Below are positions 32,764 to 43,692 of a stretch of 64,000 nt of DNA, piece by piece. Within the stretch, counting starts at the first letter, position 1; every line of letters starts with the position of its first letter. Source of the stretch: a virus (taxonomy: Duplodnaviria; Caudoviricetes); IMG/VR virus record IMGVR_UViG_638276483_000001, positions 46,866 to 110,865 of that record. One strand, given 5' to 3'. A model generated the notes under the pieces. The model ran no database searches. It had not been told where the DNA came from and was given only the letters and a program-made list of their open reading frames with translations. The translations under genes and the position numbers were made by a program.

Positions 32764-33365
32764 TGGAACCTGACGCTGAACTGTGGCGCGACATACCCGA
32801 CTACGAAGGCCTTTATCAGGCCAGCAACCAGGGTCGCATCCGTTCCATCGACAGGGTCATTAAGCAGGCGTCGCCGCATGGCGGCATCATCGAACGCAGG
32901 ATGCCAGGTAGGGTGCTCGCACCTTGGGCCCACTCGGCCGACGGGCGCCCGTGGGTGTCGCTCAGTTGCGGCGGCAAGGTCAAGAGGTTGGGCGTTCACG
33001 TCCTCGTTGCCCGTGCGTTCTGGGGCGTGGCGCCGTCCGACAAGCCCATGGCCCTCCACCGCAATGGCGATCCGTTCGACAATCGTCCAGAGAATCTCTA
33101 CTGGGGCGATAACGCCGACAACATGAACGATGCGGTTCGGCATGGCACCCACGTGGCCACGCGGCGCACCGAATGCCCCTATGGCCATGCGCTGGCCGAT
33201 CCGAATATCAAGTGGACCAGCGATAGGCGCGGTCGGGAGTGCAAGGCCTGCTGCAATGCGAACGGGTGGGCGCGAGCCCAGCGCAAAAAGGGGTTATCTC
33301 CCGCCGAGTCGGATAAGCGGGCGTACGCCGACCGGCGATACGCCGAGATTATGAACCACCAATGA
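32763..33365 (+). CDS. NUMOD4-HNH homing endonuclease
   Basis: ELWRDIPDYEGLYQASNQGRIRS; HRNGDPFDNRPENLYW. Confidence 0.9.
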   Translation: MEPDAELWRDIPDYEGLYQASNQGRIRSIDRVIKQASPHGGIIERRMPGRVLAPWAHSADGRPWVSLSCGGKVKRLGVHVLVARAFWGVAPSDKPMALHRNGDPFDNRPENLYWGDNADNMNDAVRHGTHVATRRTECPYGHALADPNIKWTSDRRGRECKACCNANGWARAQRKKGLSPAESDKRAYADRRYAEIMNHQ

Positions 33366-33380
33366 ACGGAATGTTCTGAA

Positions 33381-34691
33381 GTGAATAAAGTTGATATCCG
33401 CCTCGGCGACTGCCGGGGCGTCTTAGCGAGTTTTCCTGACGCCAGTGTCGATGCAATTCTCACAGACCCGCCCTACGAACTGGGATTCATGGGCAAGAAG
33501 TGGGACGGCTCGGGCATCGCCTTCGACGTCGAGATGTGGGAGCAATGCCTGCGGGTCCTCAAGCCCGGTGGGCACCTGCTCGCCTTCGGCGGCTCCCGCA
33601 CCTGGCACCGGCTGACCGTGGCCATCGAGGACGCCGGGTTTGAGATCCGCGACTCGATCGCCTGGCTGTACGGCAGCGGGTTCCCGAAGTCGCTCGACGT
33701 GGCGAAGGCGATCGACAAGGCGGGGGGCGAGTCCCCGCAAAGGCAGGCTGAGGTCCTGCGAAATGCCAGAACTCGGGCGGGGCTATCGAGAGCCGAGGTG
33801 GCCGAGCGGATCGGGTGCACTCCCTCCTCGGTCAGGGACTGGGAGGAGGGGAGATCGCGGGCGGTCGGACGATCCCTCGAATGGATCACACCGTCTCCTG
33901 AGTATCGCGACAGGTTGGCAGATCTTCTCGGATACACATCCGACGAGCGACGTATCGCCGGGGCGTCTACCGACCGCCGGGGTGACGGGACGGTCATCGG
34001 CCTGGGGCACTCCGGGGTGAAATACGGCACCGACGCCTCAACGGAAGCTGCGAAGCAGTGGCAGGGATGGGGCACAGCGCTGAAACCATCGTTTGAGCCC
34101 ATCGTGGTCGCGCGCAAGCCTCTCGTGGGCACGGTGGCGGCGAATGTCCTGGAGCACGGTACGGGGGCGTTGAACATCGACGCCTGCCGCATCGGCACGG
34201 CTCAAGGACGCTGGCCCACGAACGTTGTTCTCGATGGCACGCAGGCTGCCGAGCTCGACGCGCAGAGCGGCATTCAAAAGTCCGGGACGGCGGTTCAGCG
34301 CAACGGCGGTGGGCAGAAAATCTTCGGCGGCATCGCGGGCGGGGAGAACAGTGCGGGTGCCCGACCTGACGCCGGGTACAACGACGAGGGCGGCGCGTCT
34401 CGGTTCTTTCCGGTGTTCAAGTACCAGGCCAAGGCTCCCGCCAAGGAGCGCCCCAGCTACGTCAACGAAGACGGTGCCAAGGTCATGCACAGCACCGTGA
34501 AGCCCTTGACCCTGATGCGCTGGCTCGCTCGGCTCGTGTGCCCTCCCGGTGGGGTGATCCTTGATCCTTTCGCCGGGTCGGGAACCACGGTGGAGGCGTG
34601 TCTTCTCGAGGGTTTCGACTGTATCGCCATTGAAAGCGAAGCCGACTACATCCCGCTTATTGAGCAGCGGATTGAAAGGGTCGGCGCATAG
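33381..34691 (+). CDS. N6-A/N4-C DNA methyltransferase (beta class) with an internal XRE HTH
   Basis: DPPY near N-terminus; HSTVKP and DPFAGSG near C-terminus. Confidence 0.9.
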   Translation: MNKVDIRLGDCRGVLASFPDASVDAILTDPPYELGFMGKKWDGSGIAFDVEMWEQCLRVLKPGGHLLAFGGSRTWHRLTVAIEDAGFEIRDSIAWLYGSGFPKSLDVAKAIDKAGGESPQRQAEVLRNARTRAGLSRAEVAERIGCTPSSVRDWEEGRSRAVGRSLEWITPSPEYRDRLADLLGYTSDERRIAGASTDRRGDGTVIGLGHSGVKYGTDASTEAAKQWQGWGTALKPSFEPIVVARKPLVGTVAANVLEHGTGALNIDACRIGTAQGRWPTNVVLDGTQAAELDAQSGIQKSGTAVQRNGGGQKIFGGIAGGENSAGARPDAGYNDEGGASRFFPVFKYQAKAPAKERPSYVNEDGAKVMHSTVKPLTLMRWLARLVCPPGGVILDPFAGSGTTVEACLLEGFDCIAIESEADYIPLIEQRIERVGA

Positions 34692-35864
34692 GAGCCCCCA
34701 TGGAGTCATGCTGGCATTGCAATAGGGACGTGCATGAGGCCCCGCTAACCGAGCGAGTGGCGAAAATGTACGACCGCCACTCTTTCGATCTGGAGTATTC
34801 GGCCAAGGAAGATGATTCCCCGATTATCTGCCTTGGGTCGGGTGCGATAGGCCCGGCGCGGCCGAGGACGTGGAGTAACTCCACATGGAAGACTGTCGGC
34901 TACGCCATGGCGGACCTTGCCGCAATCCAAGGAGCCTCGTACGTGTCCGGGGCGTATCTCTCGCAGTTCGCAAGCAGCCTCGAAAAGTTCGCCGCTGCCA
35001 TAGGCGAGTGGTCGGTCAAGACTCAGGGCTCCTCAATCATCTACGAATGGAAACTTCTCGGCGCCACGCCCGAGGAGCCGAAAAAGTGCGAACTCCCCGA
35101 CGATATCCCGGAGATCGAATTCGGCCCCAAGAACTGGGTGAAACCGGAGAGTTATCCGGTGCTGTATCCCATGGCATTGCCGATTGCAGGGTGGGAAGAA
35201 GAGATCCCCCTGCCGGAACTTCCCAAAACCGACTACAAGGAGCTTGGCGAGAAGCTGAGCAAGAAATTGACATGGAGTTTTAAATGAAAACCTCGGAATT
35301 TGTAGCGAGCGCGCGCGACGAGATCTACCAGGGCTGGACGAAGAACAGCTACCGCAATGATCAGGGCGTGTGCATCCTCGGCGCGCTCGACCGGGTGGCG
35401 CTGCACAACCTCCACCTCGATACGGAGGAGACGGTGAAGGCCCGCGCCAAGGCCGAGGCGGAAATCAAGAAGATGGCTGAGGAGCTTTTCCCCGACATCT
35501 GGAGTGGCGACATCCCGGCCCTCAATGACAACTGGAGCACCACCAAGGACGACGTCTTGAACCTTCTGGACAAGACGACGATCGGCCTGGAGGAGCGAGG
35601 GGAGTGATCCCCCGCATCGGCAGCCGCCGCTGGATAGCGTGGAAACTCGTCCAGCTGGCGGCGCGCATCTACGACGCCGAGTATTACGAGCGAATCTATG
35701 TCACAGACCCTGCGGGGCAAGAGGTAGCTGAGGTCGTCGTAATAGGCGATCCATACGGGTGCGGGATTTTTAGCACATCCGGCGGGCTACTTCCGGGTGG
35801 GGCGCGTGCGCTGCCCGACGGCTCCACCATCCATTGGGACGACGACTACCAACCGGACTGGTAA

Positions 35865-36350
35865 ATGACCACCACCCAGCACAAGCACAACCTGAAACGC
35901 TGGATGATGCGGGCCCACGCCATCGAGGGAAAAGTCTTTTGCGGTGAGTGTGGAATAGAACTCACCCAGGAGACGGTGACAATAGGCCACTGGCCGGTCC
36001 CCGCCTACCTCGGTGGAACATGGACCCGCAACAACGTCCGGCCGGAATGCTTCGAATGCAATGTCCACGAGGGTGGGGCGATGTCCGCACTCCCCGCCAA
36101 ACTGGTGTGGGAAATCGTCTACGAGCGGGCCACCGGGTTCGTCTATCTCGAAAAGATGAAGCGCTTGAGGTTGCAGCCCATCAAGGTTTCACCCAACTTC
36201 GGGAAAGTCCATCGCAAGGCGGTGCGCGCCGGCAAGAAGTGGGTGCATCACCCGCGCAACACCCCCAACCGCCCGCGGATGTGGCGGATATCCAACTTTG
36301 GAGAAAGCCATGAGCAAGAAAAAGCTGAAAGTCACCCTGTACTCAGCTGA
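35865..36350 (+). CDS. HNH-like protein
   Basis: CGEC...TIGHWPVP...GGT....NVRPECFECN. Confidence 0.7.
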   Translation: MTTTQHKHNLKRWMMRAHAIEGKVFCGECGIELTQETVTIGHWPVPAYLGGTWTRNNVRPECFECNVHEGGAMSALPAKLVWEIVYERATGFVYLEKMKRLRLQPIKVSPNFGKVHRKAVRAGKKWVHHPRNTPNRPRMWRISNFGESHEQEKAESHPVLS

Positions 36351-36880
36351 CATGGGAATCCGGTCGGCAATCCGCACCGCATTCGAGGGTGCCGGGTACG
36401 CCGTCAAGGAGGTGACCGACTCCTCCAGGCCTCCCCGGGTGGATATCGACGAGGAGCAGCAGCCGGGCACGATCAGCCGCCTCCGCCTGCCCGATCGCGT
36501 AGACGCCGTGGTCACCAAGACCGGGCTGAACTCCCGGGTTGAGGGCTTGGCGGCCTCGTTGGCGCTGAAGCAGGGCCGAAACGATGTCTACTGCTACGTG
36601 ATTCCCGATGCGCTGGACGCGCTGCGAGCCAAGCTCGATCGCATGGGCGAATTAGTCCTCGTGGGCGGCGACCAAGCAAAGTGACCACCCTCCTCTGGGT
36701 ATATCTATCCTTCGGAATCATCTCAGGCGTCCTTGTGGGGGGCGCCTATCTTCTTGAGCACCCCAATAAAGAGGGCGCGCTCGAGTCTTTAGCCATTGCC
36801 CTGGTCACCATCGCCACTTGGCCATGGGTCGCCTGGATCGCCATCGGCGATCTTCTCAATCTTCGATAACGGAGAAAGCC

Positions 36881-38221
36881 TTGAAATTCGATCCGCCCGC
36901 CAACAGCAACTACGCCTGCACGGTTGTGAAGATCCCCGCGACCATTACCCTGTCGGGGTTGGACAATTTGGTTGGGGTTCCAGTTTTGGGCCACCAGGCG
37001 CTCACCCAGAAGGATAAACAGGCCGGCGAGTTGGCCTTGGCGTTCACTGCCGAGACGCAGCTGTCCGAGGAGTACGCCGCGTACAACAATCTGTTCCGCG
37101 ACTCCTCCCTGAACCGCGACCAGGCCGAGAAGGGTTATCTTGAGGCCAATCGCCGGATCAGAGCCCTCAAGCTCCGCGGCCACCGCAGCGACGCCCTCCT
37201 GATGCCCCTGGAGTCCATCGCCTACACGGGCGTGGATGTCTCCCAGCTGCAAGAGGGCGACGTGTTCGACGCCGTCAACGGCCACGAGATCTGCCGTAAA
37301 TACACCCTTCCAGTGAAGCGGCAGCCGCAGGCCAAGTCCAAGGTGGAGAAGGCGTTCAAGAGGGTTGACACCAAGCTTTTCCCCGAGCATATCAGCACAG
37401 ATCAGTTCCACCGCAATCAGCACCTGTTGCGCCCGGGCCGGGAAATCGTGATCACCCAGAAGCTCCACGGGACCAGCATTCGCGTCGGCCGGGTCCCCTG
37501 CCTGCGCCAGAAGGGCCGCCTGGAGCGATTCCTGAATCGCTGGCTCCCGACGCCGGATTACACCTACGACGCCGTGTTCGGCTCCCGCAAGGTGATCAAG
37601 GACGTCAACAACCCGAACCAGAATCACTACTACCAGTCGGACATCTGGACGGACTACGGCAAGAAGATCGCCGACCTCATCCCGGAGGGGTATATCGTCT
37701 ACGGGGAGCTCATAGGGTGGACTCCCGTCAAGGACGGTATGCAGTTCGACACCTCGCCAATTCAGAAGAATTACACCTACAACCTTCCCGAGGGCCAGGC
37801 GGAACTCTACGTCTACCGGGTGGCCACCATCAACACCCAGGGAACCCTTGCGGATCTTCCTTGGGACGCGGTGAAGGAATTCTGCCTCGCCCGGGGGCTG
37901 AAGTGGACCCCGGAGATGGGTCGCGTCTCCTTCGGCCCGCAAACGCTCTGGTCGGCCGAAGACATTGAGCAATATGTCAACGAATTGATGGATATGCGTT
38001 ACGCGGACTACTACGACGAGGTCGTCGCCAAGGACGAGGAATTAGCGGCCATTTTTGAGCGTCCCATTCCATTGTCCGATAAGAAGACGGTGGACGAGGG
38101 CGTGGTGCTGCGCCAAGAGGGCATCGTCCCCGTTTTGCTAAAGGCTAAGGCGCCGGCGTTCCTTCTTCACGAAACGAAGCTCCTCGACGCCGAAGAGCAA
38201 GACATCGAATCCGCCGCATAA
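36881..38221 (+). CDS. rnl: RNA ligase (ATP-dependent) with N-terminal OB-like domain
   Basis: Motif I QKLHGTS, VYGEL, EGVV, K.K; TTG start after GGAG. Confidence 0.85.
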   Translation: MKFDPPANSNYACTVVKIPATITLSGLDNLVGVPVLGHQALTQKDKQAGELALAFTAETQLSEEYAAYNNLFRDSSLNRDQAEKGYLEANRRIRALKLRGHRSDALLMPLESIAYTGVDVSQLQEGDVFDAVNGHEICRKYTLPVKRQPQAKSKVEKAFKRVDTKLFPEHISTDQFHRNQHLLRPGREIVITQKLHGTSIRVGRVPCLRQKGRLERFLNRWLPTPDYTYDAVFGSRKVIKDVNNPNQNHYYQSDIWTDYGKKIADLIPEGYIVYGELIGWTPVKDGMQFDTSPIQKNYTYNLPEGQAELYVYRVATINTQGTLADLPWDAVKEFCLARGLKWTPEMGRVSFGPQTLWSAEDIEQYVNELMDMRYADYYDEVVAKDEELAAIFERPIPLSDKKTVDEGVVLRQEGIVPVLLKAKAPAFLLHETKLLDAEEQDIESAA

Positions 38222-38231
38222 GGAGTTTTGA

Positions 38232-38942
38232 TTGAACGACTGGGACGAGGCCCGCAGAAAGAGCCTGGAACTCCAAAAGCTGGAACTCGATGTCGAGAAC
38301 GCCAAGTTGGATCTCCGTCGGCTCGCCGCGGAGGCGGAGGAGAAAGAGCACCAGGCGGCGCTGGCCGCCATCAGGCTGCGGGAGGCCGAGGCGGAAGAGG
38401 TTGAGCGGGATTCCTCGGATGCCGCCAACTACACCTATCGGTTTGCCGACGAGGTGGATGACGACTCGATCTTCGCTTTGATGGACACGGTGAACGCCTG
38501 GCACCGCCAGGACCCGGAGTCGAAGTGGAATTTGATCGTTGACTCCCCGGGTGGATACTGTAATTCGGGCTTTCACGCCATCGACCAGCTGATCGAGTAT
38601 TCGGCGTGGGGCGGCGGCTCCCACTACATCACCATGACGGTAAGGGGCATGGCCGCCTCTATGGGCGGAATCATTCTCCAGGCGGCGGACGAGCGGGTCA
38701 TGGGAAGAAACGCTCAGATTCTTATCCATCCCATCTCATCGGGGCTATACGGCGGCAGGGGCGAACTCCATGACTACATGGGTCGCATTGAGATGCTCAC
38801 CGCGCAGGCCGAGAAACTCTTCAAGCACCGCGCGGGGAAGAAGCTTCCCAGGAAGAAACTTAAAAACGCGCTTATGTATAAGAACTGGTGGATCGGTGCT
38901 GAAGAGGCGCTGGAGTACGCCCTTGTAGACAGGATTGGATAA
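38232..38942 (+). CDS. ClpP-like serine protease with N-terminal coiled coil
   Basis: DSPGG, GMAASMG, ILIH, W...EEALEY.LVD. Confidence 0.85.
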   Translation: MNDWDEARRKSLELQKLELDVENAKLDLRRLAAEAEEKEHQAALAAIRLREAEAEEVERDSSDAANYTYRFADEVDDDSIFALMDTVNAWHRQDPESKWNLIVDSPGGYCNSGFHAIDQLIEYSAWGGGSHYITMTVRGMAASMGGIILQAADERVMGRNAQILIHPISSGLYGGRGELHDYMGRIEMLTAQAEKLFKHRAGKKLPRKKLKNALMYKNWWIGAEEALEYALVDRIG

Positions 38943-39478
38943 TGAGTCGTCAAATAATCGTGGTGGACACGGAGACCGGGGGGCTCGGTCCCAACGCTCC
39001 GGTGTTGGAGATCGCAGCGGTCAATGTCGAGACCGGGGAGGAATTTCGTGTCGTCCCGTTTGTTACGGCGGCGCAACTCTCCTCCTGCGAGCCCGAGGCG
39101 CTCGCCATCAATCGATTCTATGAGCGCCGGGTGTTCGCGGACATGCTAGAGGACGCCGAGGGGAACAAGAACGCTTTCGACTGGCTGCGCAGCATGCTTG
39201 ACGGAAATGTGTTCGCAGGCTCAAACCCGGCATTTGACGCGCCGCTAATCGCCAAACTGTTGAACGGCGAGCCGTGGCATCATCGCAAACTTGCGCTGGA
39301 ATCGTATGCGGCAGGCGTGCTGGGCCTGCCCCTCGACGAGCTCCCGGGCCTCAACAAGGTCTGCGAAATCCTCGGGGTAGAGAATGAAGACCCCCATTCC
39401 GCACTGGGGGACGCGCGGGCCACGGCCGAGTGTTTCCGGATTCTGCGGGGCATGGCCGAGCAGAATCGGGCGCGATGA
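38942..39478 (+). CDS. DEDDh 3'-5' exonuclease (DnaQ-like)
   Basis: VDTETGGL, NPAFD, HSALGDA. Confidence 0.9.
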   Translation: MSRQIIVVDTETGGLGPNAPVLEIAAVNVETGEEFRVVPFVTAAQLSSCEPEALAINRFYERRVFADMLEDAEGNKNAFDWLRSMLDGNVFAGSNPAFDAPLIAKLLNGEPWHHRKLALESYAAGVLGLPLDELPGLNKVCEILGVENEDPHSALGDARATAECFRILRGMAEQNRAR

Positions 39479-41081
39479 CCGATTATCGCATGGGGCTCTC
39501 CATCGTCCCGATAGCCGACGACCTTGGCAACACGTACGACGGACTCTTTGTGAAGGGGGATCTGTTCGGGGTTGTCAGGAATTTCCGGCCAAATTACGAG
39601 AAATATGAACCTTGGAGCGTCCTGTATGGGTACGAGGGTTCGGAGTACTCCTACTACCGCCCCATAACAATGGAGCTGGCCGTGGCTCCGGTACCCGCGG
39701 TGCGCAAGCCTAAGAAGCGCCGCACCTACACAGAAGCCTATGGATTACGGAGACCTAAATGAGAGACAAAGTGCGTGACGAGCTGGCGGGCTTCGTCATC
39801 AGGGCGCAGTACGGAAGCCCGGGGCAGACGACTGACGAGATCGTTGACGCGATCCTGGAGAAGTTCGACGTCACCGAGAAGCCGGGACCGGCGGTCCCGT
39901 TCGGGACGATCCGGGTGACGGCTTCCAGCGATGGCCGTGCCGTCAACGTCTTCATCAGCAACGGCGACGGCACTTGGGTGACGATCTTCCACGACAAGGG
40001 TCATGGGGAGGGTCACCTGAACTGGAGCGCCCCGTGGGACGGCCTCGATCCAGGGGAGAAGGAGGTCTTCCGGCCGTGATCAGCGACCTGACCTCCGAAG
40101 AGTTGAAGACCCTCGCCGAGGTTGTCGACCTCTATGAGCAGATTGTCCTCAAGCTGTCGAATATCAACGCCTTCGCGCGCGGGGTCCTGCACATCGAAAC
40201 CGAGAATGAGCCTTACTACCTCGGATGGGTGGGATACGGCGAGCATGGCTCTCTGACGTTCCAGCCCGCCACAGACCCGGAGGAATTGTGACCGATCAAA
40301 TGATAGCTCCACCACTAACGGGGTCATTTTCCGACGCCCTGGCGTGGGCGGGGGGGCCTGGAGCCCGGCGGCAATCCCGTATCCATCCGCTGGGGCGAAC
40401 CGATACCGGAGGATGAACGGCCGTGACCTACGAACCCACCTATCGCTACTACACCCTTGACTGCGACGCGTGCAAGAAGACCGTGGGCATGAACACCGAT
40501 GGTCAACTCCCCTCGCGAGGATTGACCATCTGCGTGGACTGCTGGATGAGCCCCGGCGACCTTCCGGAGTATCTGCGCTCCACCCTTCGGTACGACCAGG
40601 CGGGGAAGCTGTGAGTTACATCCTATTGAGCCCCGGAGTGAATTGTGACTGACGAACTCATCTCCCGAGCGGAGCAATCCCTAGAGGGTGTGACGGAGGG
40701 TCCGTGGGAGGTCGTCGAGGAGATCGACGGGTGGCGCGCGGGCCGACCGACCGTGGTTCGGGCGCGCAACCCCAATCCAGGCTGGGAATACCTTCGCGTG
40801 GTAACCGTCGGCCAGACGCGCCCCCACTTCGGAACAATGAGGGGCACCAAAGGGCAGGACGAGGCGAACGTGGCATTCATCGCCGCAGCGCGCTCCCTCG
40901 TTCCCGAACTCCTGGAAGCCCTCAAAGAGGCCCGCGAAGAACTCGCAGAGAACACTGGGGTCATCAAGGCGCTTCGGCGGCAGCGCGACGTGGCCGAAAA
41001 CCGCGTCGCATCCCTGGAGCGGGCCCTGCGGTCGCGGATTCGAGATTGAAGTGATACGCGCTAGCTAGCGGGGGTGGGGCA

Positions 41082-41624
41082 TTGGACGAGGGCGAGAGAA
41101 TTTTCGCGCAGCCTGAAGACGTTATCGCCAAAAGCGGATGGGACGAGAAGCTGGAGAGGGATGCCGCCGAGTGGCTCGCCAAGGGGGTCGGGGCGAATGA
41201 ACGCTCGAATGAGCGCGACATCGAAAAAGCCCTCTATGACCTCGGGAGGCTATCCCGGGAAGATCTCCAGCTCCACAACCCGGACTACGACTGGGATACC
41301 CAATACTCAGCCTTCGCCCTCACCGTCAGCCCGGCCGACCTCGTAACCCTAGAGCCGTCCATCGGGGATGTGGGGGATGGGAACATTCGGGCCAGGAATC
41401 CTAGGTCGGCAGCGCGGCGGGCCCTGATGCGCCATATCGACGATGAAGAGGGCTGGGGATCGGCGGCGGCCGATGAAATACCCCCACTCGGACTCAACAA
41501 GGGCGATAGAAAGACCTGCACCAAGTGCAAGAAGGCGAAGGGCCTGGATTACTTCTACGCCCACCCCAAGACAAGGGACGGACTGCAGTCTCAATGCAAG
41601 GCTTGTCAAAGGGGGTTAAAATGA
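41082..41624 (+). CDS. Hypothetical protein with C-terminal Zn ribbon
   Basis: CTKC...DGLQSQCKAC. Confidence 0.6.
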   Translation: MDEGERIFAQPEDVIAKSGWDEKLERDAAEWLAKGVGANERSNERDIEKALYDLGRLSREDLQLHNPDYDWDTQYSAFALTVSPADLVTLEPSIGDVGDGNIRARNPRSAARRALMRHIDDEEGWGSAAADEIPPLGLNKGDRKTCTKCKKAKGLDYFYAHPKTRDGLQSQCKACQRGLK

Positions 41625-41629
41625 TCTTT

Positions 41630-41925
41630 TTCGCCAGGTATTGAAATATCGTGTTTGACCTGCGCATTCTCCGGATAACCGCAGGTAGCCCGGATTAGCG
41701 AAGATAGGGAAAGGTAAATTTCCTGAATCTTCCTAACGGGGCTGCCGGAGAACCTCGCGTGCTGCGCCAATAATCTCGCGCCGTAAAGCCAAACAACCGG
41801 TACTAAAGCCAGGTCGCTGCTCCCTGCGGGTAGAGCGGCGGCCCCGGCCGGTCCATCATGCCCTGTGCACGGGGGAGAGCAACCTGGTGGACCGGCCATC
41901 TCTTCTTTAGGGGTATTCAATGAAG
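41630..41925 (+). ncRNA. Putative structured RNA locus C
   Basis: About 300-bp gap; long interrupted hairpin 41667-41752; 10-bp stem 41846-41855/41888-41897. Confidence 0.5.
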
Positions 41926-42203
41926 GATGCTGCGTGAACGCCCGGGAGAAGTGGCTGCAGATCGTAGCCGACATTGTCGAATATGAACTGTGTGCCGATC
42001 AGGGCCAACTGCTCAGCGAAGAAGCTGACAGGTGGATTGAACGCTCGCCAGTGCTCGCGAGAGGAATCATCCTGGGGGTCGGTGCGGCCCTCACCCTTCA
42101 TTTAGCCAACGCCATCCCGCCTAAGTGGGATGTCATCTCCAAGGGATTCTTCCTTTGGGGTCGCATTAGAAATAGCTAATCGCCAAATCAAAGGGGAACT
42201 TGA

Positions 42204-42935
42204 ATGGCGAGCTTAAAACGACTGTACGTTGGTGGCCCTATGAGTCCGGAATCGTTCGGGCTGACGGAAACGCCTCCCGATTGGGACTGGAACCATCCAG
42301 CCTTCAACAAGGCTGCGGAGTTCTACCGCTCAAAGGGGTTTGAGGTTGTCAACCCCGCCGAGATGGACGCCGAAGCCGGAGACGTCGGAGAACTCGAATG
42401 GCACGAGTATCTTCGCCGGGACATCAAGGTCCTGGCCGACTGCACTCACATCGCCATGCTCCCCGGCTGGGAGAACAGCAAGGGCGCGCAGCTAGAGCAC
42501 CACATCGCCCAGGAGTTGGGCCTGACTGTGGAATACCTCGGGGACACCCCTCGACTGAATATTCTCGACGGTACGACCGAATTCATGCGCCTGGGTCGAC
42601 AGAATGTCGACGGCGGGCAGTTCAACGACCACGCCATTCGCGAACTTCGCTACTCTCTCCTGAAAGAGGAGTATGGGGAGTGGGAATGGGCCGATCTCCA
42701 TGGCGATCTCGTAGAGGTCGTTGACGGCCTATTGGACATTATCGTGGTCGCCTGGGGCTCCCTTTTGTCGTTTGTCGGCGAGGAGAAGGCCAAGGCTGCC
42801 GCGGCGGAGGTTGTGCGCTCCAATCTAGACAAGGTGAAGGGCGAGGGTCTGCCGATTTTCAACGAAGCAGGGAAGATCCAGAAGCCTCCCGGCTGGCGCG
42901 GCCCCGACATCGCTGGCGTACTGGGGGTGGAGTGA
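42204..42935 (+). CDS. Fusion of nucleoside 2-deoxyribosyltransferase-like (DUF4406-type) and MazG-like NTP pyrophosphatase domains
   Basis: YVGGPMS..N.PAF..NPAE..LPGWENSKGA.LE; then L.EE..E...DLVEVVDGLLD, V.RSNL.K, GKIQKP. Confidence 0.8.
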   Translation: MASLKRLYVGGPMSPESFGLTETPPDWDWNHPAFNKAAEFYRSKGFEVVNPAEMDAEAGDVGELEWHEYLRRDIKVLADCTHIAMLPGWENSKGAQLEHHIAQELGLTVEYLGDTPRLNILDGTTEFMRLGRQNVDGGQFNDHAIRELRYSLLKEEYGEWEWADLHGDLVEVVDGLLDIIVVAWGSLLSFVGEEKAKAAAAEVVRSNLDKVKGEGLPIFNEAGKIQKPPGWRGPDIAGVLGVE

Positions 42936-43436
42936 ATGGATCGACCCATTGGAATCCCCGTCGGCCACGGAAGCGGACCCCGGCCAGGCGGCGAGCCGCC
43001 GCACCCACCCGCGTTCGAGCGCAAAGACACCAACCCCAAGGACGCCGTAGGCACCGGAAAGGTGCCGTTCTCCACGGTTCCATCCGAGGTGATTGCTGAA
43101 CTCGGTTTGGTAATGCTCGAGGGAAGTCGCAAATACGGTAGACACAACTATCGATCGGCCGGAGTCAGGGCCAGTGTCTATTTTGACGCGGCGATGCGCC
43201 ACCTCACCCGCTGGTGGGAGGGCGAAGACCTCGACCCCGATAGCGGGATGCCTCACCTGATCCACGCCATGGCCTGTTGCGCCGTAGTGCGAGACAGCGA
43301 ATTCCGCGGCAACTGGACCGACGACCGCCCGCCGCGCCTCAAAAAGGACTGGATGGTCGAACTCAACGACAAGGCGAAAGCCATTGTCGAGAAATACCCG
43401 GACCCGGTGCCCGCGCATACAGAAAAACCGACCTAA
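42936..43436 (+). CDS. dATP/dGTP diphosphohydrolase-like protein (DUF5664-type)
   Basis: KYGRHNYR, Y.DAAMRH...WW.GED.DPDSG..HL.HA. Confidence 0.75.
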   Translation: MDRPIGIPVGHGSGPRPGGEPPHPPAFERKDTNPKDAVGTGKVPFSTVPSEVIAELGLVMLEGSRKYGRHNYRSAGVRASVYFDAAMRHLTRWWEGEDLDPDSGMPHLIHAMACCAVVRDSEFRGNWTDDRPPRLKKDWMVELNDKAKAIVEKYPDPVPAHTEKPT

Positions 43437-43450
43437 AGGGGGAGCGACCG

Positions 43451-43692
43451 TGTCGCTTACCGACAGGCTTGCCGCTCGTCGGCAGTACGCAACACTTTCC
43501 AACAATGGCTGTGCCACCTGCAAATGGCTGGACAGGCAAACCGAGGATGTCCGGATGGCTGTAGCCGACTGGATTGACGAAGGTTTGTCTTTGACGCCTC
43601 TGCATGAGGAGCTTGCGGCCGACGGACTTCCGGTGGGGCTTTCCGCCTTCACTGGCCATGTCCGTAAGTGTCACAAGGTGGGCCCTAAGTGA
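43451..43692 (+). CDS. Small Zn-binding protein
   Basis: GCATC...H...C. Confidence 0.6.

Noticed and set aside
42936-43436. Z-base (2-aminoadenine) genome pathway
   Set aside because: No PurZ, DatZ or DNA polymerase in the window
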